Assembly (NCBI GenBank): GCA_963826535.1
Contig: CAWGXL010000003.1
Location: 1 to 51,359, forward strand
Length of the DNA stretch: 51,359 bases
Direction: 5' to 3'
Source: an uncultured bacterium
Lineage (GTDB): Bacteria; Patescibacteriota; Microgenomatia; Levybacterales; UBA12049
Below, piece by piece: positions 32,334-42,092 of this stretch (position 1 is its first letter; every line of letters begins with the position of its first letter). The notes below the pieces were generated by a model, which had not been told where the DNA came from, did not search any database, and saw only the letters and a list, made by a program, of their open reading frames with translations. The position numbers were made by a program, and so were the translations under genes.

Positions 32334-33311
32334 GTGGTAAAAATCCTTATATCTCGCGTCTCATTGCTTGAATTATTGGCTACGGATGGTATAGGTACTG
32401 GCATTTCTATTATACTTCCGGTATACAACGAACAAAAAAGAATTAAACGGTCATTAGATAGACTAACTTGTTATTTTAAGGGCACAGGGTGGGATTATCA
32501 ACTGATATTTGTCGATGACCGAAGCACTGATAGTACCACGTCGATTCTGACTGAATCTAGCCAAAAATATGAAAACATCAAACTCGTTATACCTCCTATT
32601 CATTTGGGAAAAGGCGGTTCAATCTTGTACGCAGCAATGTCACATGAACTGAGAGACAAGAGATACGTTGCCTACATGGATTGTGACCTTGCGGCAGACC
32701 CATCTGAACTCGAAAGGCTTCTCGAACATATTGCCGACAATGATATAGTGATTGGTTCGAGAATTTTACGTGGAAACTTGGGCGCTATCAGTAGACCCAT
32801 GTATAGGTCATTTTTTTCCCATATATATTCAAAGTTATTTAGGAGTCTTTTTAGAATACCCATCTATGATCCACAGTGCGGATTAAAATTGTTCCGAACC
32901 GAAGTATTATCAAGGGTTACCAAGGACATTACAACTATGGGTTTTGCTTTTGATACAGATTTGATTGTCAATGCGTTTTCTGAACGCTTGCAAATAAAAG
33001 AGGTCCCTATCCTCTGGGCTCATGGTAAATCGTCGAAACTGAACCTTATAACTGAGATAAGAAAAATGGCTACAGACCTTTTTTCCATTTGGTACTACCA
33101 TCACTTGTCTTGGAAGGAAAATAAACCTTGTTATCCTCAAAAAAGAGGGAGTCTTTTTGGACGAATACTCTTTGGTTTGCTCTCCTTGAGTAATGATGTA
33201 AAGACAAGGGCGGCATCCCCAAAATTCAATGCTCCCTTGAACGTCAATTCAGCTAGTCTAAAACTTTTATCAAATGCTTTGTCATTATCTATAAATTCTG
33301 AAAACACCTAA
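32334..33311 (+). CDS. Family 2 glycosyltransferase, Dpm1/Alg5-like (polyprenyl-phosphate sugar synthase type)
   Basis: ISIILPVYNEQKRIKRSLDRL, LIFVDDRSTDST, YMDCDLAADPSELERLL, DPQCGLKLF. GTG start. Confidence 0.75.
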   Translation: MVKILISRVSLLELLATDGIGTGISIILPVYNEQKRIKRSLDRLTCYFKGTGWDYQLIFVDDRSTDSTTSILTESSQKYENIKLVIPPIHLGKGGSILYAAMSHELRDKRYVAYMDCDLAADPSELERLLEHIADNDIVIGSRILRGNLGAISRPMYRSFFSHIYSKLFRSLFRIPIYDPQCGLKLFRTEVLSRVTKDITTMGFAFDTDLIVNAFSERLQIKEVPILWAHGKSSKLNLITEIRKMATDLFSIWYYHHLSWKENKPCYPQKRGSLFGRILFGLLSLSNDVKTRAASPKFNAPLNVNSASLKLLSNALSLSINSENT

Positions 33312-33470
33312 AAAATAAGGTTACTTTCTGAAATCGAATCTCATTACCATTAACCGATCGTTTAGCCCCTAGAAAATAGGTCATATCTTGGTCGTAATTT
33401 CTATGCCTTTTTATCAATATTATGACTAAACCAGTGTAAAAAATGACACTATTGCACGATAGCTTGAGAA

Positions 33471-34595
33471 TCATGCATTTTTTAATTTCTCGATTTCAGT
33501 ACAAAAATATTCTGCTGTATTATCCCAATCAAACTGTCTGGAATACTCCAAAGCATTTGCACTCAATAATCGAAGTCGTTGTTTATCGTTAAGTAATTCC
33601 AATGCAAGTTTTGCCAAGGATTCAGGATTTTTATCATTTACAAGGATTCCATTTTGTCCATTTTTGACTGAATCTCTTAATCCGTTAACGTCATATGCAA
33701 TAACAGGAGTTCCCATGGCATTAGATTCAGTCACTATCAGTCCCCATCCTTCTCTTACTGACGGTATCAAAACAACGTGAGCTCTAGATAGGAGGTCGTA
33801 CTTTACCTCGTTCTGTACATGTCCAAAGAATTTGATATCCTTGTAATTTGATTTCTCAATGTCCTTTAACATATATCCGTCACCTATGACCCACATTTTG
33901 GCAGACGGGATCTCTTTCTTTAAAATTTGGAAGGCTTTAATTGCATGGTCTGGTAATTTGTGCCTCTTCAGTCTGCCTATAAATACAAATGTGGGATCCT
34001 TTTCCTTCAGTCCGACCTCTTTGAGTGATTCTGTGCTGATTCCCATGGGTATTACTTTAACATTTTTGAAACCGATTTCCTCTAAATCCCTTTTGGAGGA
34101 CTGAGATACAGTAAGAGTTAATGTATCCTTGTAGGGTATCAACCATCTATTCTCATAGATATGACACAAATAGTTCAATGGAAAGCGAAGCTCATAAAAC
34201 CATTCCTCTCTAATCATCTGATGAAATAAAAGTAATGAGGGCTTTCCGTCTAGTATCTTAGGATTAAGAAACGGTCTTGGATTCACCTCATCAACTATAA
34301 GATCGTAACTATCACGGTTTTTCTTAAAGTATGAACGTCCACGACTATATACAGTAAATTTTCCTCCATTTCTAACAATATTTATTCCATCAATTTGTTC
34401 TTCAGATGGCATCGCATTAACCCGAGGGCAAAAAAGCGTCATGGTGTGACCACGTTGCGCCAATCTTCGCATAACTTCATGGGTAAGGACTTCTGCCCCA
34501 CCTGCTTCGGGATGCTTAATGTCCCGCCAATTGAACCATAAGATGCGCATTTTTATTCTTGCTCGGTGGGCATATAAAATTGTAATCTGAGTCAA
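33471..34595 (-). CDS. GT4-family glycosyltransferase
   Basis: MRILWFNWRDIKHPEAGGAEV places the likely true start at the ATG at 34550. Also IPSVREGWGLIVTESNAMGTPVIAYDVNGLRDSV. Confidence 0.85.
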   Translation of the reverse strand: MTQITILYAHRARIKMRILWFNWRDIKHPEAGGAEVLTHEVMRRLAQRGHTMTLFCPRVNAMPSEEQIDGINIVRNGGKFTVYSRGRSYFKKNRDSYDLIVDEVNPRPFLNPKILDGKPSLLLFHQMIREEWFYELRFPLNYLCHIYENRWLIPYKDTLTLTVSQSSKRDLEEIGFKNVKVIPMGISTESLKEVGLKEKDPTFVFIGRLKRHKLPDHAIKAFQILKKEIPSAKMWVIGDGYMLKDIEKSNYKDIKFFGHVQNEVKYDLLSRAHVVLIPSVREGWGLIVTESNAMGTPVIAYDVNGLRDSVKNGQNGILVNDKNPESLAKLALELLNDKQRLRLLSANALEYSRQFDWDNTAEYFCTEIEKLKNA

Positions 34596-34992
34596 CTTTA
34601 ATTCATTTGCACAAGGTAAAGAAATAACAAACTTTATTGCCTTTAAGATCTTTATGTATACAAAGCATATCGCGATATGATTTCAAAAAGAACAAGATAA
34701 TTCTTCCAGAATAGTGATGTTAAGATCAATTTAATACCAATTCAAAGTAATGGTTATTGATTTATAGAAATTCAAAATTCAAATTTAAGAGATCTCTTAA
34801 TTGTGATTCACACGTTACTCTCAAACTAGGACCGTTGACAACAGTTGAAAATGTCAGTAATCTATCAATAAGAACGTCAGTCGTAATCTTGAGGTTAAAT
34901 ATCTACTACTAGTAAATTTTTTTTATTTTATTAAGACCAACTAAGTTTGAATATGCAGGACTACATCACAGACTACGTTTGAAAGAAAACAC

Positions 34993-35685
34993 CTAATTCT
35001 CACAGTTGACAGATCTTACATCACCTTCGTCAAAATTAATATCTAATACTTGATCTTTGCCCCCGCCACAATCAAAGTAGTCTGTGCCATTACCCCCAAT
35101 GAGGAAATCGTTATTTGGTCCTGCAAAAATATTGTCGTTTCCATTACCTCCATCTAAACGATCATCACCTAGCCCACCAAATAAAGAGTCGTCTCCATCC
35201 CCCCCAAATATGTGATCGTCTCCGCTGTTTCCTTCTATTTGATCATCTCCCGTATCCCCTATTAGAGTATCATTATGTTTTCCACCAATGATGTAATCAT
35301 CTCCTTCAAAACCTAAAAGAATGTCGCTTCCAGTATCACCAACAATTAGATCATTACCAGCAAGTCCTCTTAAGGTATCATTTCCATTACGTCCTATTAT
35401 ACGATCACTATCTATACTGCCAGTAAGATTGTCTTGTTTTAGCGTTCCTACAAATTCTTTTGCTTCAAGTTTATTTATAAAGGGTAATGAAGAATAAACT
35501 GCAATAATTATCAAAATAATTATTAAAACTGCTGACGATATACACATAATGAGATTCCTTGAAATACCAAGATAATTTATAATATTCGTTAGACCTTTAA
35601 ATTTTAAGATATAAGCGATATTTAAGGTTGATAATTTTGAATGTCTTGTACATGATATATCTAAGAATGTTACAACAAAAAACAA
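34993..35685 (-). CDS. Signal-anchored protein with hemolysin-type (RTX) Ca-binding nonapeptide repeats
   Basis: About 12 tandem GGxGxDxUx-like units are present (GNDTLRGLAGNDLIVGDTGSDILLGFEGDDYIIGGKHNDTLIGDTGDDQIEGNSGDDHIFGGDGDDSLFGGLGDDRLDGGNGNDNIF). The likely true start is the ATG at 35547 (MCISSAVLIIILIIIAVYSS). Confidence 0.8.
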   Translation of the reverse strand: MFFVVTFLDISCTRHSKLSTLNIAYILKFKGLTNIINYLGISRNLIMCISSAVLIIILIIIAVYSSLPFINKLEAKEFVGTLKQDNLTGSIDSDRIIGRNGNDTLRGLAGNDLIVGDTGSDILLGFEGDDYIIGGKHNDTLIGDTGDDQIEGNSGDDHIFGGDGDDSLFGGLGDDRLDGGNGNDNIFAGPNNDFLIGGNGTDYFDCGGGKDQVLDINFDEGDVRSVNCEN

Positions 35686-35734
35686 AACCTTTATCGGTCT
35701 TCTAAAATTAAGTCTAAATCAGTGTCCAAAGGCA

Positions 35735-38700
35735 GTGCCTAGAATTAAAATGAGTCTTGTCTCAAAGACTCTTAAAAAGTTAAATGTAATTCTCAGTCAA
35801 CATACGTATCTCCTACTAATAGTTCCACTCTTTCTTATTGCGTATCCTATAGCAAAATCCGGAATTCCAATTACGGGAGATTTTCCTTATTCTGATACTT
35901 CTGACTATGCAATTGATAGGCTCTGGTTGTGGGTTGAAAAGGGAAGCATGGACGGACTTGAATCCTTATCAAGATTTCCGATAATCGCGTTATGGTATCT
36001 GCTTAGTTTTGTTAATATGGATTCAGAATTGGCAACTAAGATAATGGTTGTTCTCGGTTTCTTATTGGCATCTTTTTCATTTTATATTGCATTTAATTTA
36101 TTATTCAAAAATAGGGATATTTATCCAAACTGTACGGCTGAAAATATCGGCAGTACTCGGCAGTATATTTTACGCCTATAATATCTGGTCATTCAACAGG
36201 ATTCATCATTGGTATTTATGGATAGGTTATGCCATATTGCCATTATTTTTTATCTCGATTTACCTTTCCTTTAAAAATCCCAAAAAGTGGAAATATGTTA
36301 TATCTTCTATTTTCTTGTGGTCTATTGCTTCGACGACACCACATATGATTCTGTATTATGGAATCATATTTCTTTGTACATTCTTAGGTTTTATTTTACA
36401 CGATTTGAATAAGGGACGTAGACAGATAATTCAGATGGTAACACCGTTCTTGTTAGTTATGTTGTTCTATTCACTAGTAAATATGTATTGGATATATCCT
36501 TATTTACTGTCTTCCCAAGCCCAATTACCCATCGTTAACTACGAAGTTACCGAAGAAAGTCTAAAACTTTTAAGTAGAGAAGGTAGCTTTTTAGATACCA
36601 TTAGGATTTTGTCCTATTGGCTAAATTCTATCGTTCAAAACCCTCTTGAGGATTCACCTCTATCTTTTTTTTGGATCTCTCTCAGCTTCGTGGTTCCAGT
36701 CATAGCATTTTCTGCTCTTTTACTAAAAAAATTAATAAAATACGCTATAATCTTTTCAGGGATTGCGTTAATTGGAATATTTTTAGCGATGGGAACTGAA
36801 TCCCCATTTGAATATCATCATCTATTGCTTACTTCTCCTTTGTTATCAAAATTTGTATGGCTATTCAGAGAAGCAGATAAATGGTCATTTTTAATAACCT
36901 ATGCATATTCATTTTTACTTGGTCTAGTTAGCTACAAGGTTTTATCAGTTACCATAAAGAATAAACAGTATAATAATAAAAAAACCATTTTAGCAGGTTC
37001 TTTTATATTTTTCTTAATACTTTCCATTTGCGTAACTTCCTATCCATTCTACGAACATCACATGAATGTACTGAAACCAACAATATTGCCTTCAGAGTTT
37101 GATAGGTTAAATTCCTATTTGGCAAGTATTGATGACGATAAAATTTTTTTTATGCCATATCCTATGGAAGAAACACAATGGGATAAGCTGGGGAGAGTGG
37201 GAAGTATTTATCAGCTTAGTGCAATAAAACCCAGTATAGAAGCTAGTCAATATAATTTAATTTCACGTAACTACTACAATTACTTTGTAAATTCGATTCT
37301 TGATAATCGAACTAATAATATTGGCAATCTTATTTACCCATTAGGTACATCATATTTAGTTTTTCACAACGACACATGGAATAAAATACTAAAAACAAAC
37401 GAGCCAGTTAATATTCAACTTTTGGAAAAAATGTACAGTTTACCAGATCTGAAAAACATTAAGAATATTGGATTTTATAATGTATTCCAAATTAGTAACA
37501 CCTACAATGATACTAATAATGACTCTAACACTAGGATTGCACAGGCTAATATTCCTTCTCAGATTGTCGCTACAACAGGAGGATTGGACATTTACAGCTC
37601 ATTAAGCAAACTTTCTTCATTCAATACACTTCAGTCATCATTAATATTTACAGGCGATATTCGCTCAAGAAGCGCAAGTAATCCTATGTTAAGTATAGAT
37701 AAATTAATTTCAGATCGGTCAATGTTGAATGATGAATTTGTCCTTTCTTTGGTTGATGACAAATTTATTACAGCGCCGTTTGTCGAAACCAATAGGTATG
37801 ACCCATCAAAGGTATGGTCCAAGTCTAGCACTAGGGATCCCGATCATGCAGAGTTTCACCCATTTTTGAGAAATCTCGGGATAGAGAATTGGGAATTTGA
37901 TTATGGAAAAGGACTAGTAATGACTAAGGCGATGGGAGAAAAAATGTCGGTTCCAATAGAAATTGAAGAGCAGAATAATAGCAGCGAAATCGATGCTCAA
38001 TATGACATATTTATGAGGTATCTGAAGAATCAAAGAGGTGGACTAATCCGAACTTATCTCGATGATAAATTTATGAGTGAAGTTGATACCTATGATAGGA
38101 TCTCAAATAAGTTTGTATGGCAAAAGTTAGGTTCGCTAAACTTAACTGAAGGTAAACATATAATGACCTTAGAGAATATCGCGGGGTTTAATGCGGTCAA
38201 CATCTTATCGTTTGTGCCTGTCGATGAATTGAACAAATTAAAAACAGAAACAGCTCATCTATTTGCAAATAGGACAGGGGTGATTTATTATTTGGAGGCT
38301 GAATCAAACTTTTACAATACTAAGGGTGCAGATACTGGTTCTATTCATTATTTATTTGAGGACGATAAATCCACTCGTTATTATGATAGAGCGAATGAGA
38401 TGCAAACTAAGATGATTAACGGTAGTTTCACAGTCCCTTCAAATACAGACCTTATGACTTTACAATTTATACACAGGCAAAATGATTCAAATTCTAATTT
38501 ATTTAACGATTTAGAAATTAGTCCCTCGTATGAAAAATACAGTGTATTTGAATCTGATTTTGAGACTACAAAAAACTCTATACCACTTGCGAAATTAAGA
38601 CAGCTTGACTGGATGAATTTCGATAAAGATGTCGTATCGACTTCCTTGGAAAGAACTAGTCCTATACATGGAAACAATACATTAAGAGTAGATATTAGAG

Positions 38701-40095
38701 GAAGTGAAAAAGTTGGATGGAATATAATATCTACTGATTATATACCAATTAGTGACAATAGATATTATAACGCAACCTTGGATATTTCCGCAAAAGATGT
38801 AAAGGATCTTCATTCAAGGGTTTTATATTTTGATATAATGAATGAAGAAATGAGGGGAGCCGTAGATTTTATCTTTGAAGGGAAGGATGGCACATTTCAG
38901 AATACATTTAGCTCTAGCATTCTGCCCCCAACAGGCGCAAAATATCTTACGCTTCAAATCTTGACAAAGTCGGATAATACCAGGCCTAGTAGTTTTCTTT
39001 TGAATAAAGTGAAACTAGAAGAAATTGTTATGCCCGTGCCAGCCTTTAAAACCAAATTTAACGACAATTTAAAAGAAGATAAAGAAAAAGAAGGACAGGA
39101 ACCAGTGAATGGTAAACTTGTTGAGTACTTGGGAACAGAACAGAAAATTAACTCTACTCATTTTATGCTAACAACAAAAGCGTTTCCAGTAGACTGAAAA
39201 TCATGTATATAATTATGGTGCTACTATAAATGGTGGAAAGGTGCCTACTCGATCGGTTATTGCAGATTTTAGGACTTCTAAAGATGTCATTGAAAATTCT
39301 ACCAGGCATGGTAATAATGCAAGTGATGGACGGGTTCTGTCGATGAATCCTGGTTCTGAGATAGAAACGACACTTGAAATACTTAGACCGTCAAATTATT
39401 CAATTGGGCTTAGGGCAAATACATGTGAAAGCTGCACCTTTTTAAGAATAGAATTAGAGGGTAACAATTATCATGAGAACTTTACTGTCTTTACCAATAG
39501 AAGTAATGGTATAGCTAAACATGATACTACTGGACTACAATGGTTAAATTCTAATACCACATTTCTTAAACAAGGAACATATAAATTTAAAATCCATTCT
39601 GACTCCCAAGCAGATCTAGATTCTGTTGTTATATATCCAAGTGACAACCGTTATAGTTCTGCCAGTAATGGAGCTGTAGATATATTTAATCACGATTCAT
39701 CGCCTGCACAGATCTCAGGATACGAAAAAATTAATCCCACCAAGCATATTCTTATAATAAAAAATGCAACAAGGCCCTATATTATTTCATTTGCCGAGTC
39801 GTACGATGCTCTATGGACGGCCTACTCTAATAATGACAACAATGAAAAAAATAATTATTTCAAGACAAATAGCATCCCGCTTTATGGAATAACCAACGGC
39901 TTTTACGTAAACAAGACCGGTGATTATGAATTAATAATAGAATACGAACCGCAGAATTGGTTTGTTCTAGGTTCTATAATAAGCATTTCCAGCATAATAC
40001 TATTATTAGCAATAACTATTTTACTTGTTAAGAAAAAATATCTTCGTGTGACCTATAGAAAATACCGAAAAATATTAAAACAGGGTAAAAATTGA
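35735..40095 (+). pseudogene. Giant (~1,450 codon) polytopic membrane protein, YfhO/GT-C-like, with one CBM-like module and a C-terminal TM anchor; two net +1 frame breaks (near 36125 and 39190)
   Basis: Fragments are 35735..36181, 36048..39197 and 39241..40095 (frames 2,0,1). The likely ATG start is at 35750. Blocks shared with 10632..15427 include GDFPYSDTS, FYAYNIWSFNRIHHWYLWIGYAILPLFF, WSIASTTPHM, FREADKWSF, FMRYLKNQRGG, GNNTLRVDIRG...DISAKDVKDLHSRVLYFD, and SFAESYDALWTAY...IIEYEPQNWF followed by a terminal TM. Confidence 0.6.
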
Positions 40096-40367
40096 TTGGA
40101 GTTTTCCGTATTTGCATGACAGGAAAAAGATCTATCAGTTAGAAATGATATTTTTTCATCTGGATGATTGGCGTTCCCATCAGTAGATGGTATGACAGTA
40201 TTCTAAGTGATAAAGTATAGGTTCCTATTCGAATAATAAATTGTCTTTTATCATATGTCAGCATAAAGTTGTCACTAAATCTAGAATATATTTTAACGAT
40301 AACGTTACTACTTGATACGGTACAACCTTGTTTGCATTTGAGGTCGTATCGTTAACTCCCTTGAATT

Positions 40368-40874
40368 CTAATGGTGCCCCTTCAGCTCCCCTTCGGGATG
40401 GTTCTTCGTATGGAGATCAAGATATATACCTAGGGCATTAATTGCTGATTGTAAATCTGCTATCGTCTTTCCCTTCATGGGACCTTGAAGGTCAGCAGCA
40501 GAGACATTTCCAATAATTATCATCCTTTGTGTCGAGTTTTCAAAGTTAGCCGATTTTAACAAATCCGCTATAATTACTCCATTTGCGCCCTTTCCTCCTG
40601 CATGTATGTGAGCCATCGTTGGGTCATTTATTCCAGTTACATTCAATTTCCACCATAACCAGCCATCCCCAATAAAAATTACTGCTCTACCCGATGCCGT
40701 TGTATTGACTGACGGAACTATGCTATCTCCGATTAGTTTAACTTTATATTTTGTTTGATTTTGTGCATTAGATGTATTTGTGGAGACTGTAAGTATTAGT
40801 GAAATTGCTGTTATAACAACGACAATTAATGTCATATGCTCTTTGACATACATTAGGCTTGGAGGAATAAGCAA
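40368..40874 (-). CDS. Secreted/anchored CHRD-domain protein, paralog 2
   Basis: TM LIVVVITAISLILTV, MAHIHAGGKGANGVIIADL, LDLHTKNHPEGELKG. The likely ATG start is at 40853 or 40835; the ORF-track start is TTG. Confidence 0.65.
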   Translation of the reverse strand: MLIPPSLMYVKEHMTLIVVVITAISLILTVSTNTSNAQNQTKYKVKLIGDSIVPSVNTTASGRAVIFIGDGWLWWKLNVTGINDPTMAHIHAGGKGANGVIIADLLKSANFENSTQRMIIIGNVSAADLQGPMKGKTIADLQSAINALGIYLDLHTKNHPEGELKGHH

Positions 40875-41219
40875 GCTACATAAATCTTACCTTTCCACTT
40901 TTCCAAGTTAGTTTACAGTAAAATTCATTGATAACTAATGCACGTAAGGATTGAAAGCGACAAGTAAAGATGTTCAATAATTTTTTTATTTTTTAGATTT
41001 TCTGAATCAGATAATTAGGAGATTCAGATCGCCTTTAATTTCTGTATCCATCATAACAAACTTTAGTCAAATGTTTGATGTCAGAAGCGTTATAGTGAAT
41101 AGTATCAAAAGTATATCGATGTAATATAATCTCTAAATTAACTGGACCGACGTATAATCTAAATCAAATTAAGTTAAAAAAACGTACTTGGCATTTCAAT
41201 TGGGCAACAATTTTTAGAG

Positions 41220-41549
41220 CTAATCCTTCTTTAACTCATCTGAAGCAGCGTCAGCATCATCAACAGCATTTTCGGCTTTATCTCCTACTCTCTTTACCTT
41301 CTCAGCTGAATTATCAACGGCTCGTTCGGATTCATTACCTGCTCTCTTTACCTTCTCCGCTACATTATCAGTCTGCTCTTTTCGCTCTATCTGCTGAATC
41401 ATCGGCCGCTCTTTTGGCACTATCTGCTGAATCGTCCACAGTTCTGTGGGCCCTAGCAGTGCATCCTTTGTGTCATCAGCCAAATCCTTAGTGCCCATAA
41501 TAGCCTGTTTCAATTTATCAAGAAAACCCATTGAAGTAACTCTATGCAC
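41220..41549 (-). CDS. Small charged repeat protein (CsbD / stress-response-like), with an internal segment that reads better in another frame
   Basis: The likely start is the ATG at 41531 (MGFLDKLKQAIMGTKDLADD). It has repeated NVAEKVKRAGNESERAVDNSAEKVKRVGDKAENAVDD units. The DNA repeats CTCTTTACCTTCTC (41290, 41344) and CTATCTGCTGAATC (41387, 41420) are also present. Confidence 0.5.
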   Translation of the reverse strand: MHRVTSMGFLDKLKQAIMGTKDLADDTKDALLGPTELWTIQQIVPKERPMIQQIERKEQTDNVAEKVKRAGNESERAVDNSAEKVKRVGDKAENAVDDADAASDELKKD

Positions 41550-41740
41550 CCAAAATATTTAAGTATTGAAATTTTAGCCCCGATTTTTATGCCCTTTAAC
41601 TAGAAACTCTAAATTAGAGAATATCAAGGCCTTTTCTATCTTAAATAAAAAAATGAAACTAAGTCAAGATAGCATAATAACACTATTCGTGGATTCTTTT
41701 CATTTTTCAAGTTTTATGCTAAAATCGACTAGAATCATAA

Positions 41741-41920
41741 CAGTATAAAGATTCCGACAAGCAAGCTTCAGCAGCAGATTCAAATGTAGTATTCAAACTG
41801 ACAGTTACCGACGATAAGGCTGATAGCGGAGAAGATCAAGTTACTATAAAAGTAGAGCAAATTCAACAAGATGAATCGGATTCTGAAGAGGAATTGGATT
41901 CTGAAGGCGAATCCAATTAA
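41741..41920 (+). pseudogene. Orphan C-terminal fragment of a PKD/Ig-like-domain surface protein (no start codon)
   Basis: My translation gives QYKDSDKQASAADSNVVFKLTVTDDKADSGEDQVTIKVEQIQQDESDSEEELDSEGESN, with a stop at 41918-41920. The frame opens directly after the stop at 41738-41740 and contains no ATG/GTG/TTG start. Confidence 0.35.
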
Positions 41921-42092
41921 CTGTTCTATTTTTTCTGAACGGGAACATGTACAATTCTAAGCCAGTCAATAACTAAAAATGATGATGCGATATATGATAA
42001 AAGTATACATTTACAAGGTTTTGTAAATTGCTACAAAGGTAAGAGTGACAAAAAACTCTTAATAGCCTCCGTAGCTGATAGATTTTTAGAAT

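Noticed and set aside
34785-34800. A perfect 16-bp palindrome TTAAGAGATCTCTTAA preceded by AAATTCAA x2, about 200 bp upstream of the GT4 gene 33471..34595.
   Set aside because: My rough estimate for this AT-rich composition is that about one such 16-bp palindrome is expected by chance in 51 kb. It has no second copy and no obvious promoter placement.
35050-35420. Short-period DNA repeats in the RTX gene, and the repeated CBM segments, as possible CRISPR or other non-coding repeat arrays.
   Set aside because: The repeats are in frame and encode nonapeptide Ca-binding units or a duplicated protein domain. There is no repeat-spacer structure, no leader and there are no cas genes.
41975-42080. 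AATGATGATG ... GCTGATAG as a possible C/D-box sRNA (C box near 41979, D box near 42075).
   Set aside because: The box spacing of about 95 nt is far longer than the typical archaeal C/D sRNA (about 50-60 nt). There are no convincing C'/D' boxes and no terminal stem.
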